Positions 34,709 through 44,231 of a stretch of 64,000 nucleotides of DNA are shown here, piece by piece (the first letter of the stretch is position 1; every line of letters begins with the position of its first letter). The stretch spans positions 15,740 through 79,739 of the forward strand of contig JBAZTR010000001.1 in assembly GCA_041661745.1 (NCBI GenBank), in the 5' to 3' direction. The translations under genes and the position numbers were made by a program. The notes beneath the pieces are model-generated. The model did no database searches, was not told where the DNA came from, and saw nothing but the letters and a program-made list of their open reading frames with translations. Source of the stretch: Patescibacteria group bacterium (GTDB lineage Bacteria; Patescibacteriota; Patescibacteriia; UBA9934; GWF2-40-263).

Positions 34709-35875
34709 TTGTGTATACTTATGAAAATAATTCACGGACATCCCGATTTTGCTTGGTGGCGCACGGTTGGCACCATGATTGGCGGAGTGGTCGGGGTAGG
34801 GGTTTTTGGTCTACCTTACGCTTTTGCTCAAAGCGGTTGGTGGCTCGGATTAACCATGTTATTGGTTTTGGGTTTTTTGATAATGCTTCTTAATTTTATG
34901 TATGCCGAAGTGGTTGAACAAACCGCCGGTCGGCATCGTTTGGTTGGTTATGTTAAAAATTATTTAGGCGTCTGGCCGGCTAATTTGATGGGCGTGGTTT
35001 TTATTGTTTATGCCTGGGGAGCCATGCTGGCTTATATTTTGATTGGCGGAGATTTTTTGTACACTTTACTGTCGCCACTTTTAGGCGGTCCGCTTCTTGC
35101 ATATCAATTAGTCATGGCCGCGCTTTCGGCTATTTTGACTTTTGGCGGCATAAAAAAATTAGCCAAGCTGGAAACTTTTATTGTTGGTGGTTTGATTTTT
35201 CTTTTTGTCTTTATAATTCTTTTGTCGTTGCCGTCCATAGAACCGCGCAATATCATGTCGATCCATTGGTCCGGTTGGTTTGCCCCTTATGGTGTTTTGT
35301 TTTTTGCCCTTTCCGGCCTGGGAGTAATTCCCGAAATGAAAGATGTTTTAGACGCTCGTCGTCGACACGAATTACCACACACAATTTTGTTTGGCCAAGT
35401 TTTTATTATTGCCCTATACGCCCTTTTTACCTTAGCTGTGGTTGGTGTAACCGGCCCAGCTACCACTCCCTCGGCCTTTGATGGTCTAGCCTCCATGTTT
35501 GGTCGAACCTTTGCCGTGGCTGGTTCGTTATTAGGTTCGGTTGCCGTTCTATCGATTTTTTCCATAGTCAGTATCGAGTTGCAAGGTATTTTGCGTTTTG
35601 ATTATAAAATCAATCAAAAAACCGCGTGGCTTCTGACAGTTATTGTGCCAGTCGTGTTTTTGCTTCTGGGAGTAAGTCAGTTTATTGAATTGATTAGTTT
35701 CTTGGGCGCGGTTTTTGGCGGTTTGATAGGTATCATTGTGGTGATTATGTATGAAAAAATGCGTAACGCCGGTTTGTGCCCAATCCACAAATGTTTAAAC
35801 GTTCCTCATTTTATTGCCTGGCTATTAGTGGCCGTTTTTATCGGCGGCATTATTCAAACTATTTTTAATTTTTAA
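34709..35875 (+). CDS. amino-acid permease (aromatic amino acid/Trp-Tyr permease-like family)
   Basis: About 11 TM helices. The N-terminal block is TMIGGVVGVGVFGLPYAFAQSGW. Confidence 0.7.
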   Translation: MCILMKIIHGHPDFAWWRTVGTMIGGVVGVGVFGLPYAFAQSGWWLGLTMLLVLGFLIMLLNFMYAEVVEQTAGRHRLVGYVKNYLGVWPANLMGVVFIVYAWGAMLAYILIGGDFLYTLLSPLLGGPLLAYQLVMAALSAILTFGGIKKLAKLETFIVGGLIFLFVFIILLSLPSIEPRNIMSIHWSGWFAPYGVLFFALSGLGVIPEMKDVLDARRRHELPHTILFGQVFIIALYALFTLAVVGVTGPATTPSAFDGLASMFGRTFAVAGSLLGSVAVLSIFSIVSIELQGILRFDYKINQKTAWLLTVIVPVVFLLLGVSQFIELISFLGAVFGGLIGIIVVIMYEKMRNAGLCPIHKCLNVPHFIAWLLVAVFIGGIIQTIFNF

Positions 35876-35879
35876 AAAT

Positions 35880-36314
35880 ATGCGCCCGCTTCGCCTTCTT
35901 TCATTTTGGTTTTTTTCCTTTCTTTCAATTTACGCTCTTAGTTTTTTATCGGTTCTGGCCTGGGGACTGCTTAATTATAATAACGTTTTTTTAGTCGTTG
36001 GTATGGTTTGTCCGCCGCTCGTTACGCTTCTTTTTGGTTGGTTGTATTTTCGAGCCATTTCGGTTCTCCCGTTTTCCGTTAAAATAAAAAACGCGATTGT
36101 TTGGATCGCGTTGGATTTTGTGGCCGGAGCGATTATGTTGGCAATTCTGAAGGGGAGTGGGCCAGCGGATATTTTCTCTACAGTTTCGTTGATAACCGAA
36201 GCCGCAAATTTCTTTGCTCTTTTGGTAGCCGCTTACATTAGCGTGAAGCAACTAGAACATTCTGTAAAAGCATTGCCACCGTCATTGGACCTACGCCCCC
36301 CGGCACAGGGGTAA
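35880..36314 (+). CDS. hypothetical membrane protein
   Basis: 144 aa, 4 hydrophobic helices. The 3' end overlaps the convergent folD. Confidence 0.45.
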   Translation: MRPLRLLSFWFFSFLSIYALSFLSVLAWGLLNYNNVFLVVGMVCPPLVTLLFGWLYFRAISVLPFSVKIKNAIVWIALDFVAGAIMLAILKGSGPADIFSTVSLITEAANFFALLVAAYISVKQLEHSVKALPPSLDLRPPAQG

Positions 36315-37053
36315 GCCAACTGGCCTTTGCCTCGACTGAAGCTCTTTCGATATCGCCAACGACTTTTTTTTCAACCTTTGAGGTGCCAATATCAATAACG
36401 ACTACGCCGTCTTTGACCATTTTTCCGGTAATTAAATTAGGTTGTCCGACCGCAGTAATAAGAAAATCTGCGGTCTTTGTTTTTTCTTCCAGATTTTTTG
36501 TATTTGGTGAAACAACTTCAACCTGGGCCCCCGAGCCGTTTAAGACGGTATAAAAAGGTCGGGCCAGAACCTTACCCATAACCAAAACAACTTTTTTTTG
36601 CGTTAACGGTTCGCGCGTTTCATTAATTAGTCTCATTACCCCAAGAACAACTGGCGAAATAAGACATTTTTTGCCGGCTTCTAAACTGCACAAATTTTCT
36701 GAATGAAAACCATCGACATCCTTGGCTGGACTAATTGCCGCGATAATTCGGTCAGCGTCTTGTTTGGGAAGTGGTAGTTGAACCAAAATTCCATCAACGT
36801 CTTTTTCGTTATTCAGTTCCTTTATTTTTTTTAAAAGTTCGGCTTCGGAAACATCCTCCGGAAAAACGTATTTTTCAAATTTTATTCCGGCATCCAAACA
36901 GGCTTTTTCTTTTAAAGAAACATAAAGGTGTGAAGCTGGATCGCGCCCAACCAAAATAACCGCCAGGCCGGGAATTTTTGGTAAATGAGCCACGTTGGTT
37001 TTGATCACCGAAATAATTTGTTGGGAAATGATTTTTCCGTTTAGGAGGTGCAT
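36238..37053 (-). CDS. folD: bifunctional methylene-THF dehydrogenase/methenyl-THF cyclohydrolase FolD
   Basis: ILVGRDPASHLYVSLKEKACLDAGI, DGILVQLPLP and VVGRSNIVGKPM-like motifs. Confidence 0.88.
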   Translation of the reverse strand: MHLLNGKIISQQIISVIKTNVAHLPKIPGLAVILVGRDPASHLYVSLKEKACLDAGIKFEKYVFPEDVSEAELLKKIKELNNEKDVDGILVQLPLPKQDADRIIAAISPAKDVDGFHSENLCSLEAGKKCLISPVVLGVMRLINETREPLTQKKVVLVMGKVLARPFYTVLNGSGAQVEVVSPNTKNLEEKTKTADFLITAVGQPNLITGKMVKDGVVVIDIGTSKVEKKVVGDIERASVEAKASWLTPVPGGVGPMTVAMLLQNVLVASR

Positions 37054-37937
37054 ATATAATCAATTATACCACCAGCCACATCAATTCCGGTAGCCTCTTC
37101 CAATCCTTCAAACCCTGGGCGAGCGTTAACTTCCAAAACCAACGGGCCGCGGGATGAACGAATAATATCAACCCCGGCGATGTCTAAACCCACCGCTTTA
37201 GCCGCCGCGACCGCGATTTTTTTCTCTTCGTCTGAAAGTTCGACTGGATGTCCGGCGCCACCGGCATGAATGTTGGCCCGAACTTCACCCGGTTTGGCCG
37301 AGCGTTCCATGGCCGCCAAAATTTTATCGCCGGCCACAAAAATTCGCAGATCTTTTCCTTCGGCTTCTTTTATAAATTCCTCAAGAAGCAGCGGCATTTT
37401 ATGATTAACCGTTAAGTAATCAACGATCGGTAAAAGGGTGGCTAAATTTTCGGCCAAAAAGACGCCACGACCGCCCGAACCGCTGGGGGTTTTTGCAACC
37501 AACGGAAAACCAATTGCTTCGGCTTCGGTAGCAATGGTGCTGACATCGCGAACAATCGTGCTTTTTGGCGTTGGCAGACCGGCTTTGTTTATTAAAAGTT
37601 TTCTGGCAAATTTATTTTTAGCGGCCGAAAGAATCAAATTCTGGCTGTTAGTGACTTTAAAACCAGCCGAGATCAAAGCGTCAATTGTAATGGAATGAAA
37701 ACTTTGGTCTTCGATAAAATTAGTTCGGGCAATAAAAATATCAATCGGTGGTAGGGGTTGATTATCGTAAAAAATTTCCAGTCGGCCATTGTTTTGACGA
37801 AACGAAAAAAACGGTTCGCAAAAAATCTTGGCTTCATGGCCGCGAGCCATTGCTGTTTCAAACAAACGATTAGTTTCAAACGGCGGTTCAACCTCAAGGG
37901 TTTTTGGCCGGCCGAAAGTAAGAATACCGATTTTCAT
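37041..37937 (-). CDS. RimK-family ATP-grasp ligase
   Basis: MKIGILTF..., an ATP-grasp fold with GSGGRGVFL and a C-terminal EVNARPGFEGLE. Confidence 0.8.
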   Translation of the reverse strand: MKIGILTFGRPKTLEVEPPFETNRLFETAMARGHEAKIFCEPFFSFRQNNGRLEIFYDNQPLPPIDIFIARTNFIEDQSFHSITIDALISAGFKVTNSQNLILSAAKNKFARKLLINKAGLPTPKSTIVRDVSTIATEAEAIGFPLVAKTPSGSGGRGVFLAENLATLLPIVDYLTVNHKMPLLLEEFIKEAEGKDLRIFVAGDKILAAMERSAKPGEVRANIHAGGAGHPVELSDEEKKIAVAAAKAVGLDIAGVDIIRSSRGPLVLEVNARPGFEGLEEATGIDVAGGIIDYICTS

Positions 37938-37985
37938 AACGAAGAGACTTTAGCGGATTTTATGAAAAAAATCAAGCATTGTGCT

Positions 37986-37991
37986 ATAATT
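37986..37991 (+). promoter_or_regulatory. extended -10 (TGcTATAAT) preceding beta-CASP RNase gene
   Basis: tgctataat lies 10 nt before the ATG at 38001. Confidence 0.35.
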
Positions 37992-38000
37992 TGTTCAATA

Positions 38001-39364
38001 TGAAAATAAGTTTCTTCGGGGCGGCGCGCGAAGTGACCGGCTCGTGTCATTTATTCGAGGCCAAAGACGCCGATGGTGTGGACCGAAAAATTTTGATTGA
38101 CTGTGGCATGTTTCAGGGAGCAAAGTTTACGGAAGAAAAAAACCATCTACCTTTCCCGTTTAAACCATCGGAACTCGACGCTGTGTTGGTTACCCATGCT
38201 CACCTTGACCACATTGGTCGTCTGCCTAAATTGGCTCGTGAGGGTTACGACGGTTGGATTACCATGACTGTTCCGACTTGTGCTTTGACTTATTTGGTTT
38301 TGGAGGATGCTTTGCACGTCATGACTGAGAACACCAAGTATACTGACGAAAAGCCACTTTATACTTTAGGAGATGTCAAAAAAGTTCATGAATTTTGCCA
38401 AGGTGTCGGTTATCACGAGGAAGTAACGCTTGCTCCGGGGATCACGGCCATGTTTCATGAAGCCGGCCATGTTTTGGGTTCGGCTTATATTTCCATTGAG
38501 GCGGAAGGGAAGAGGGTTATTTTTTCCGGCGACATTGGTAACGACAGCGTGCCGATTTTGGCTGATACCGAACCAATTTCCAAAGCTGACATTGTTGTTT
38601 GTGAATCCACTTATGGTCACCGTATCCATGAAAGTCCCAAAGAGCGGGGAAATATTTTAAAAACTTATTTGGAACAAACTGTTCGTAATCACGGTATTTT
38701 GCTTATCCCAGCTTTTTCCATTGAGCGCACCCAGGAACTTTTGTATGAGTTGAACGATATTCTTTTACATAAATTAAAAAGCAAAATTCCGATTTTTCTC
38801 GACAGTCCCATGGCCATTCGGGCCACGGAAATGTATCGCCATTTTAAAACCTATTTGCAATTCGACGCGCCGATTTTTTCCGATCCTGATCGTGATTTTT
38901 TCAGTTTTCCGAATTTGCGTGAAAGTGTCTCGACTTTATCCTCGCGCTCAATTAATTTGGTGCCAGCTCCCAAGGTCATTATCGCCGGTTCGGGTATGAT
39001 GACCGGTGGCCGCATTTTACACCACCTAATTCGTGCTTTGCCCGACAAAAACAGCACCCTTTTGATTATCGGCTACCAAGCCCAGGGCTCGCTCGGTCGG
39101 CGTCTTTATGAAGGAGCCCGCAAGGTTAATATTATGCGCCAAGAAATTAAGGTTAAAGCTACAGTCGAGGCCTTGGGCTCGTTTTCTGCGCACGGCGATC
39201 AAAATAAATTAACCAGGTGGTTGAAGCCGGAAGAAGGTAAAATTGAAAAAATCTTTGTGGTGCACGGTGATGAAGAGGCTTCTCTAGTTTTTGCCACACA
39301 TATTCGGCACGAATTACGTCTTGAGGTTGAGGTGCCGAAAGAAGGGCAAAGTTTTGAAATTTAA
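38001..39364 (+). CDS. MBL-fold beta-CASP family ribonuclease (CPSF/RNase J-like)
   Basis: MKISFFGAAREVTGSCHLFE...LIDCGMFQG...VLVTHAHLDHIGRLP gives the HxHxDH motif. The C-terminal beta-CASP is GGRILHHL...FSAHGD. Confidence 0.85.
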
Positions 39365-39386
39365 ACACTATTATTAAAAAATAAAT

Positions 39387-40418
39387 ATGATTAAAATTTT
39401 AATAGGACTTTTCCTGGCTGTCATTCTCTCTCCGTCGTTAATTTGGTTTGGCCAATCGCAACATTCGGAAGAAAAGTTTTTGCGCAGTAAAGAAGTTTCG
39501 TCCGAAGCTGTTCAGAATGGTTATGTTTCCGTTGTCGGTGCCTCAATACCAGACACGACTTTGAATTGCCCATTAATTAAAGTCGATGAGGTCGAAAAAC
39601 CATGTCTCTTTGTTGATCAAGAAACTTTTGAATATAAAACCTCTTCCTCGGTTCTTTGCGGCGATACTCTCTCCTCGTCGTATCGCGTAATCAAACAAGT
39701 GGAAAACCGTTGTAGCGAAACCGGCGGTAATTGTGAAGCTTGTTATCAAGTGGAAAAGGATGATTGGGTTAGTGTTGAAAGAAAAGTCACCCACGTTCCT
39801 TTTAAAGTCGGTCAATACACGATTTCCCCCACGGAAAAAACCAATTTTATCGATGAATTACAAGGTGAATATTTTGTCAGTTCAACCGGCGAACGTCGTC
39901 TTGGTACCGAGATCCCGGCCCTTGGCGACAAAAATTATAAATTTATTTATTTTCCTAAACCGGAAAGTATCTTAGTAGCTGGTTTGTCGCTTGATGGAAA
40001 AATTGAAAGCGGTGGCGATAACGGAATCTTTGTGGTTTCCAATAAATTAAGGGAAGCCACGGCCTTGGCCCTAAAAAGCGAGGATAAAATTGCGGGAAAA
40101 ATTCTTTCCATCTTTTCATTGTTTTTGATGATGCTGGGTTTTGCCTTTATGGTTTCCCCATTAACCACATGGATCCGCCATGTTTTTGGCGTGGCTTTGC
40201 CGGGCTTGGACAGACTTCTTAGTCGCGGGGCCAGTTGGTTAATTTATTTGGCTGCCGGGGTTGTGGGTGGAGTATTTTGGTTAATTTTGTTTTTGTTGGT
40301 TTTTTTGGTAAAAAATATTTTGATCGCCGGAATTCTCGCGGCAGTAATTGGTTTAATTTTTGCCGTGGTTGTTAGGTCCGGTGGTTTAGAAGCAATGAAG
40401 AAAAAGATAAAAAAATAA
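39387..40418 (+). CDS. hypothetical membrane protein with Cys-rich extracytoplasmic domain
   Basis: N-terminal TM, 8 Cys in residues 60-125, and 3 C-terminal TM helices. Confidence 0.6.
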   Translation: MIKILIGLFLAVILSPSLIWFGQSQHSEEKFLRSKEVSSEAVQNGYVSVVGASIPDTTLNCPLIKVDEVEKPCLFVDQETFEYKTSSSVLCGDTLSSSYRVIKQVENRCSETGGNCEACYQVEKDDWVSVERKVTHVPFKVGQYTISPTEKTNFIDELQGEYFVSSTGERRLGTEIPALGDKNYKFIYFPKPESILVAGLSLDGKIESGGDNGIFVVSNKLREATALALKSEDKIAGKILSIFSLFLMMLGFAFMVSPLTTWIRHVFGVALPGLDRLLSRGASWLIYLAAGVVGGVFWLILFLLVFLVKNILIAGILAAVIGLIFAVVVRSGGLEAMKKKIKK

Positions 40419-40471
40419 TAATTCCGTTGTTTTCTCGACATTTTCGGGAATTTCCGCTAAACTCTCCCCAC

Positions 40472-42262
40472 ATGATGGATCAAAGCAAAATCCGCAACTT
40501 CTGTATCATTGCTCATATTGATCACGGCAAGTCCACTTTGGCTGACCGTTTGCTTGAAGTTACCGGCGCAGTTGATAAACGGAAAATGAAAGATCAGATT
40601 TTGGATTCCATGGATTTGGAACGCGAGCGCGGGATTACCATTAAACTTGCTCCGGCCCGCATGGAGTACAAAGGCTTCACTTTAAACCTCATCGACACGC
40701 CCGGACACGTGGATTTTACTTACGAAGTTTCTCGCTCGCTTGCCGCGGTTGAGGGAACGATTCTTTTGGTTGATGCCACACAGGGGGTGCAGGCACAAAC
40801 CGTAGGAAATTTATTTTTGGCTTTGGGAGAAAATCTGACAATTATTCCGGTTTTAAACAAAATCGATTTACCGGCGGCCAATGTGGAAAAATGCGTGGCG
40901 GAATTAGTACAACTTATTGGTTGCGATCCAGCGGAGATTCTTAAGGTCAGTGGTAAGACCGGCGAAGGCGTGCCAGAACTTTTGGACGAAGTTATTAAGC
41001 GTATTCCACCGCCAACCGGAGGAACCGGCGAAGCCACTCGAGCTTTGGTTTTTGATTCTAAGTTTGATGATTATCGCGGCGTGGTCGCTTACGTTCGAGT
41101 TGTTGATGGAGCCATTAAGAAAGGTGAAATTTTAAAATTGGCAGCCACCAGTGCTGAGAGCGAAGTTTTGGAAGTCGGATCACTGGGGCCGAGCGGTTAT
41201 TTGTCTTTGCCCGAGCTTGAGACCGGTCAAATTGGTTATGTTGTCACTGGATTGAAAGATTTGGCCTCGTGCCGCGTTGGTGACACCATGACCATGGCTA
41301 AAAATCCGACCGACAAGCCACTGCCGGGTTACAAGGAAGTTCGACCAATGGTTTTTGCCGGCATTTTTCCAAAAGAAGGCAGTAACTTTCAAAAACTTCG
41401 CGGGGCCGTGGAAAAATTAAAATTAAACGATGCTTCTTTAACTTCTGATCCCGAACATTCACCGGCCATTGGTTATGGTTTTCGTTGCGGATTGCTCGGC
41501 ATGCTCCATTTGGAAATTGTTAAAGAGCGCTTAGAACGCGAGTACGGGGTTGAAGTTATTGTGACCACACCATCGGTGGCTTATCGCGTTACCAAAAGTG
41601 ATCTTTCGCAAATTGTTATTAAAAGTCCACTGGAACTTCCCGATGCCTCGGCTATTAGAATGATTGAAGAACCGTGGGTTAAAGCCGATGTAGTTACGCC
41701 AAAAGATTCAATCGGCGCGGTTATGGCTTTAGCTCAAGAAAAGCGTGGGGTTTATCGCACCACGGAGTTTCTTTCCGAATCGCGAGCCATTCTTCATTAT
41801 GATTTGCCGCTCTCGACGATTTTGGTTGATTTTTACGATCGTTTGAAAAGTGCCACGGCCGGTTATGCTTCGTTAAACTACGAGCTTTCCGATTATCGCG
41901 AGGCCGATGTAGTTAAGCTGGATATTTTGGTGGCCGAGGAAAGAGAAGATGCTTTTGCTTCGCTGGTTTATCGCGACGAAGCCGAGCGTGTTGGTCGAGC
42001 GATTGTGGAATCGCTTAAGGAAGCAATTCCGAAACAATGGTTTGTTATCAAACTCCAAGCGGCCGTGGGTGGAAAAATTGTCGCCTCTGATCGTATCTCC
42101 GCTTTCCACAAGGAAGTGACGGCTAAACTTTCCGGCGGCGACATTACCCGTAAACGTAAACTTCTTGAAAAACAGAAAAAAGGTAAAGCCAAAATGGCGG
42201 CCATGGGGCGGGGGAGTGTGGAGATTCCTTCGGATGCGTATCTTAAGGTGTTTAAGCGATAA
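40472..42262 (+). CDS. lepA: translation elongation factor 4 (LepA)
   Basis: IRNFCIIAHIDHGKSTLADRLL is the G1 motif and DTPGHVDF the G3 motif. The LepA-specific C-terminus is ...GGDITRKRKLLEKQKKGK. Confidence 0.92.
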   Translation: MMDQSKIRNFCIIAHIDHGKSTLADRLLEVTGAVDKRKMKDQILDSMDLERERGITIKLAPARMEYKGFTLNLIDTPGHVDFTYEVSRSLAAVEGTILLVDATQGVQAQTVGNLFLALGENLTIIPVLNKIDLPAANVEKCVAELVQLIGCDPAEILKVSGKTGEGVPELLDEVIKRIPPPTGGTGEATRALVFDSKFDDYRGVVAYVRVVDGAIKKGEILKLAATSAESEVLEVGSLGPSGYLSLPELETGQIGYVVTGLKDLASCRVGDTMTMAKNPTDKPLPGYKEVRPMVFAGIFPKEGSNFQKLRGAVEKLKLNDASLTSDPEHSPAIGYGFRCGLLGMLHLEIVKERLEREYGVEVIVTTPSVAYRVTKSDLSQIVIKSPLELPDASAIRMIEEPWVKADVVTPKDSIGAVMALAQEKRGVYRTTEFLSESRAILHYDLPLSTILVDFYDRLKSATAGYASLNYELSDYREADVVKLDILVAEEREDAFASLVYRDEAERVGRAIVESLKEAIPKQWFVIKLQAAVGGKIVASDRISAFHKEVTAKLSGGDITRKRKLLEKQKKGKAKMAAMGRGSVEIPSDAYLKVFKR

Positions 42263-42265
42263 TTT

Positions 42266-43222
42266 ATGTCAGAGGGTAATTTCATCCGAGAATCCGGAGT
42301 TACCAGAGTTGTGGATGTTTCTGATGAAGACGAAAGGAATTTTTTAGAGATTTTTCGAGATAAATTTCAAGGAGAAGTAAAAGAAAGTCTTGAGATTGAA
42401 AAAACTCCGGAAATTTTGGAATTGATTAACGATTTTAATAAAAATTTAAAACAATTTTTTCAGAGATATGGAGTGGAGTGGATGGAGGTGCCGGCCGGAA
42501 ATATCCATCTCCTGGACCTTTCCTCGCTTTCCGAAGAACAAAAAACCAGAATAAAATTTGATGGATCTTTTAAATCTATAGTCCAACACCTTGTATTGAT
42601 AGATTATTCGGATAAAGATTTTTCGGCCCTGGCCGTTACGTTGGTACATGAAATGATCCACTTTAATTCTTTTCAGTCGTGGCAAAAAGGCCAAAGGGGC
42701 GCGGAAAGTCTCCCGATGACAAATAAAGAAACTAACGAGAAACTTTTTTTGAATCAGCGCCGTCAGGGGATTAATGTTTTTGATGTTAACGGAAGATCTT
42801 TTTTTCGGGAAATTGATGAGGCAGTAGTTACTGAGTTGGCTATCGAATTTGATCAAGAATTTTTTTCTAAAACCAAAGGTCTAAAAGACGAGGTGGCTCT
42901 AAGAGACCAGATTTTTTCCGAGGCCGCACCAGACCCTTCCAAAAGAAGGCTTGTGAGAAAAATTATTGAACATCCCGAAAACGAAGAAGACAGAAGGTTC
43001 CAGATTTTTTCTTATAAATACGGAGAGGAAAGAAAAAAATTTTGGGAGATTGTTAAAGAAATTTTTGAAAAAAATCGCGACGAATTTACCACAGAGGAAG
43101 ACGTTTTTAATCTTTTTGTTCAGGCCTGTATGACCGGCCGACTTTTGCCTTTGGCCAGAATTTACGAAAAAACTTTCGGCCCAGGGAGTTTTAGAAAGTT
43201 GGGAGAGGAAACGAAAAAATAA
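42266..43222 (+). CDS. hypothetical protein with HExxH motif (putative zinc metallopeptidase)
   Basis: LAVTLVHEMIHFNSF. It starts 4 nt after the lepA stop. Confidence 0.55.
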   Translation: MSEGNFIRESGVTRVVDVSDEDERNFLEIFRDKFQGEVKESLEIEKTPEILELINDFNKNLKQFFQRYGVEWMEVPAGNIHLLDLSSLSEEQKTRIKFDGSFKSIVQHLVLIDYSDKDFSALAVTLVHEMIHFNSFQSWQKGQRGAESLPMTNKETNEKLFLNQRRQGINVFDVNGRSFFREIDEAVVTELAIEFDQEFFSKTKGLKDEVALRDQIFSEAAPDPSKRRLVRKIIEHPENEEDRRFQIFSYKYGEERKKFWEIVKEIFEKNRDEFTTEEDVFNLFVQACMTGRLLPLARIYEKTFGPGSFRKLGEETKK

Positions 43223-43258
43223 AAAACAACCGTCCTTGTTGGGTGGTTGTTTTATTTT

Positions 43259-43696
43259 TTAGTAAAACTTTTTTGCCAAGTAATTATCCAACACTTGTTG
43301 TGAGGCCAGATAAATAGGCGAAGGAAGTTCTTCAAGAGAAAACCAGCGCCATTCGGTAATTTCGTCGGGCTCCATCACCTGCGGCTCGCCGAGGGTATCT
43401 TCACTTAATAGACCGATGGTAATAAACTGAGCGTCAGGAACAATGTTATTGGTTAAGCTGATAACCTTAGTCGTGCCGATTTCCATGCCAGTTTCTTCCA
43501 TGAGTTCTCGTGCGGCCCCGGCTTCAAAAGTCTCGCCAAAATGAAGTTTGCCGCCAGGCATGGTCCAAGTTCCTTCGCCGTGCAGAACACTGGAGGCTTT
43601 GGCCGGATCAACATGGCGCTTGCCTAAAAGAATTTTGTTGTCGCGCAAAATCATGACCCCAAAACCCACGCCGGGTTTTTTGTTTTCTTCGGGCAT
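43259..43696 (-). CDS. NUDIX hydrolase
   Basis: Nudix box GGKLHFGETFEAGAARELMEETG. Confidence 0.8.
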   Translation of the reverse strand: MPEENKKPGVGFGVMILRDNKILLGKRHVDPAKASSVLHGEGTWTMPGGKLHFGETFEAGAARELMEETGMEIGTTKVISLTNNIVPDAQFITIGLLSEDTLGEPQVMEPDEITEWRWFSLEELPSPIYLASQQVLDNYLAKKFY

Positions 43697-43697
43697 A

Positions 43698-44111
43698 TTA
43701 TTCGAAGGGATTATGTCCGGCTTTTAATAAATTTTCAGTGGTTAGAAAAAGCGGTCTTGGTAGGTCATTCCAATCGAACCAGTCCCAGCCCTCACATTTG
43801 TCCGGTTCCATAGTTTGCGGCTCGCCGGATTCATATTCGGCAATTACATAAACCGTGACGTAGTGCTTGTCTTCTTTTTCGAAAAAATCATTAGTATAAA
43901 CCCACGGCTTTAAATTTTTGATAACAATCCCGGCTTCTTCCGCCGTTTCCCTGATGGCACATTCCTCGGGTGACTCGCACCATTCCAAATGTCCGCCTGG
44001 TGGGGCCCAGGTTCCATCACCATGTGCATTTTTTCTTTTACCAAAAAGAATTTTGCCGTCTTTTTTGATAATTACCCCCACGCCGACTTTTGGCCTTTTT
44101 ATTTCTTCCAT
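43698..44111 (-). CDS. NUDIX hydrolase
   Basis: Nudix box GGHLEWCESPEECAIRETAEEAG, with a 1-nt spacer to the downstream NUDIX paralog. Confidence 0.8.
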   Translation of the reverse strand: MEEIKRPKVGVGVIIKKDGKILFGKRKNAHGDGTWAPPGGHLEWCESPEECAIRETAEEAGIVIKNLKPWVYTNDFFEKEDKHYVTVYVIAEYESGEPQTMEPDKCEGWDWFDWNDLPRPLFLTTENLLKAGHNPFE

Positions 44112-44137
44112 ACTGAATTATAATAATCCCAAGACAT

Positions 44138-44230
44138 ATGAAAAACAAGACAACTAGAATAATCTGGACCATTATTACCTTTATCGTCGTTATTTCCATG
44201 ATTATGAGTATGGTCATGTACGGGTTCTAG
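44138..44230 (+). CDS. possible 30-aa hydrophobic micro-ORF immediately upstream of recJ
   Basis: MKNKTTRIIWTIITFIVVISMIMSMVMYGF. A TATAAT lies 14 nt upstream, and the stop sits 1 nt before the recJ ATG. Confidence 0.3.
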   Translation: MKNKTTRIIWTIITFIVVISMIMSMVMYGF

Positions 44231-44231
44231 T

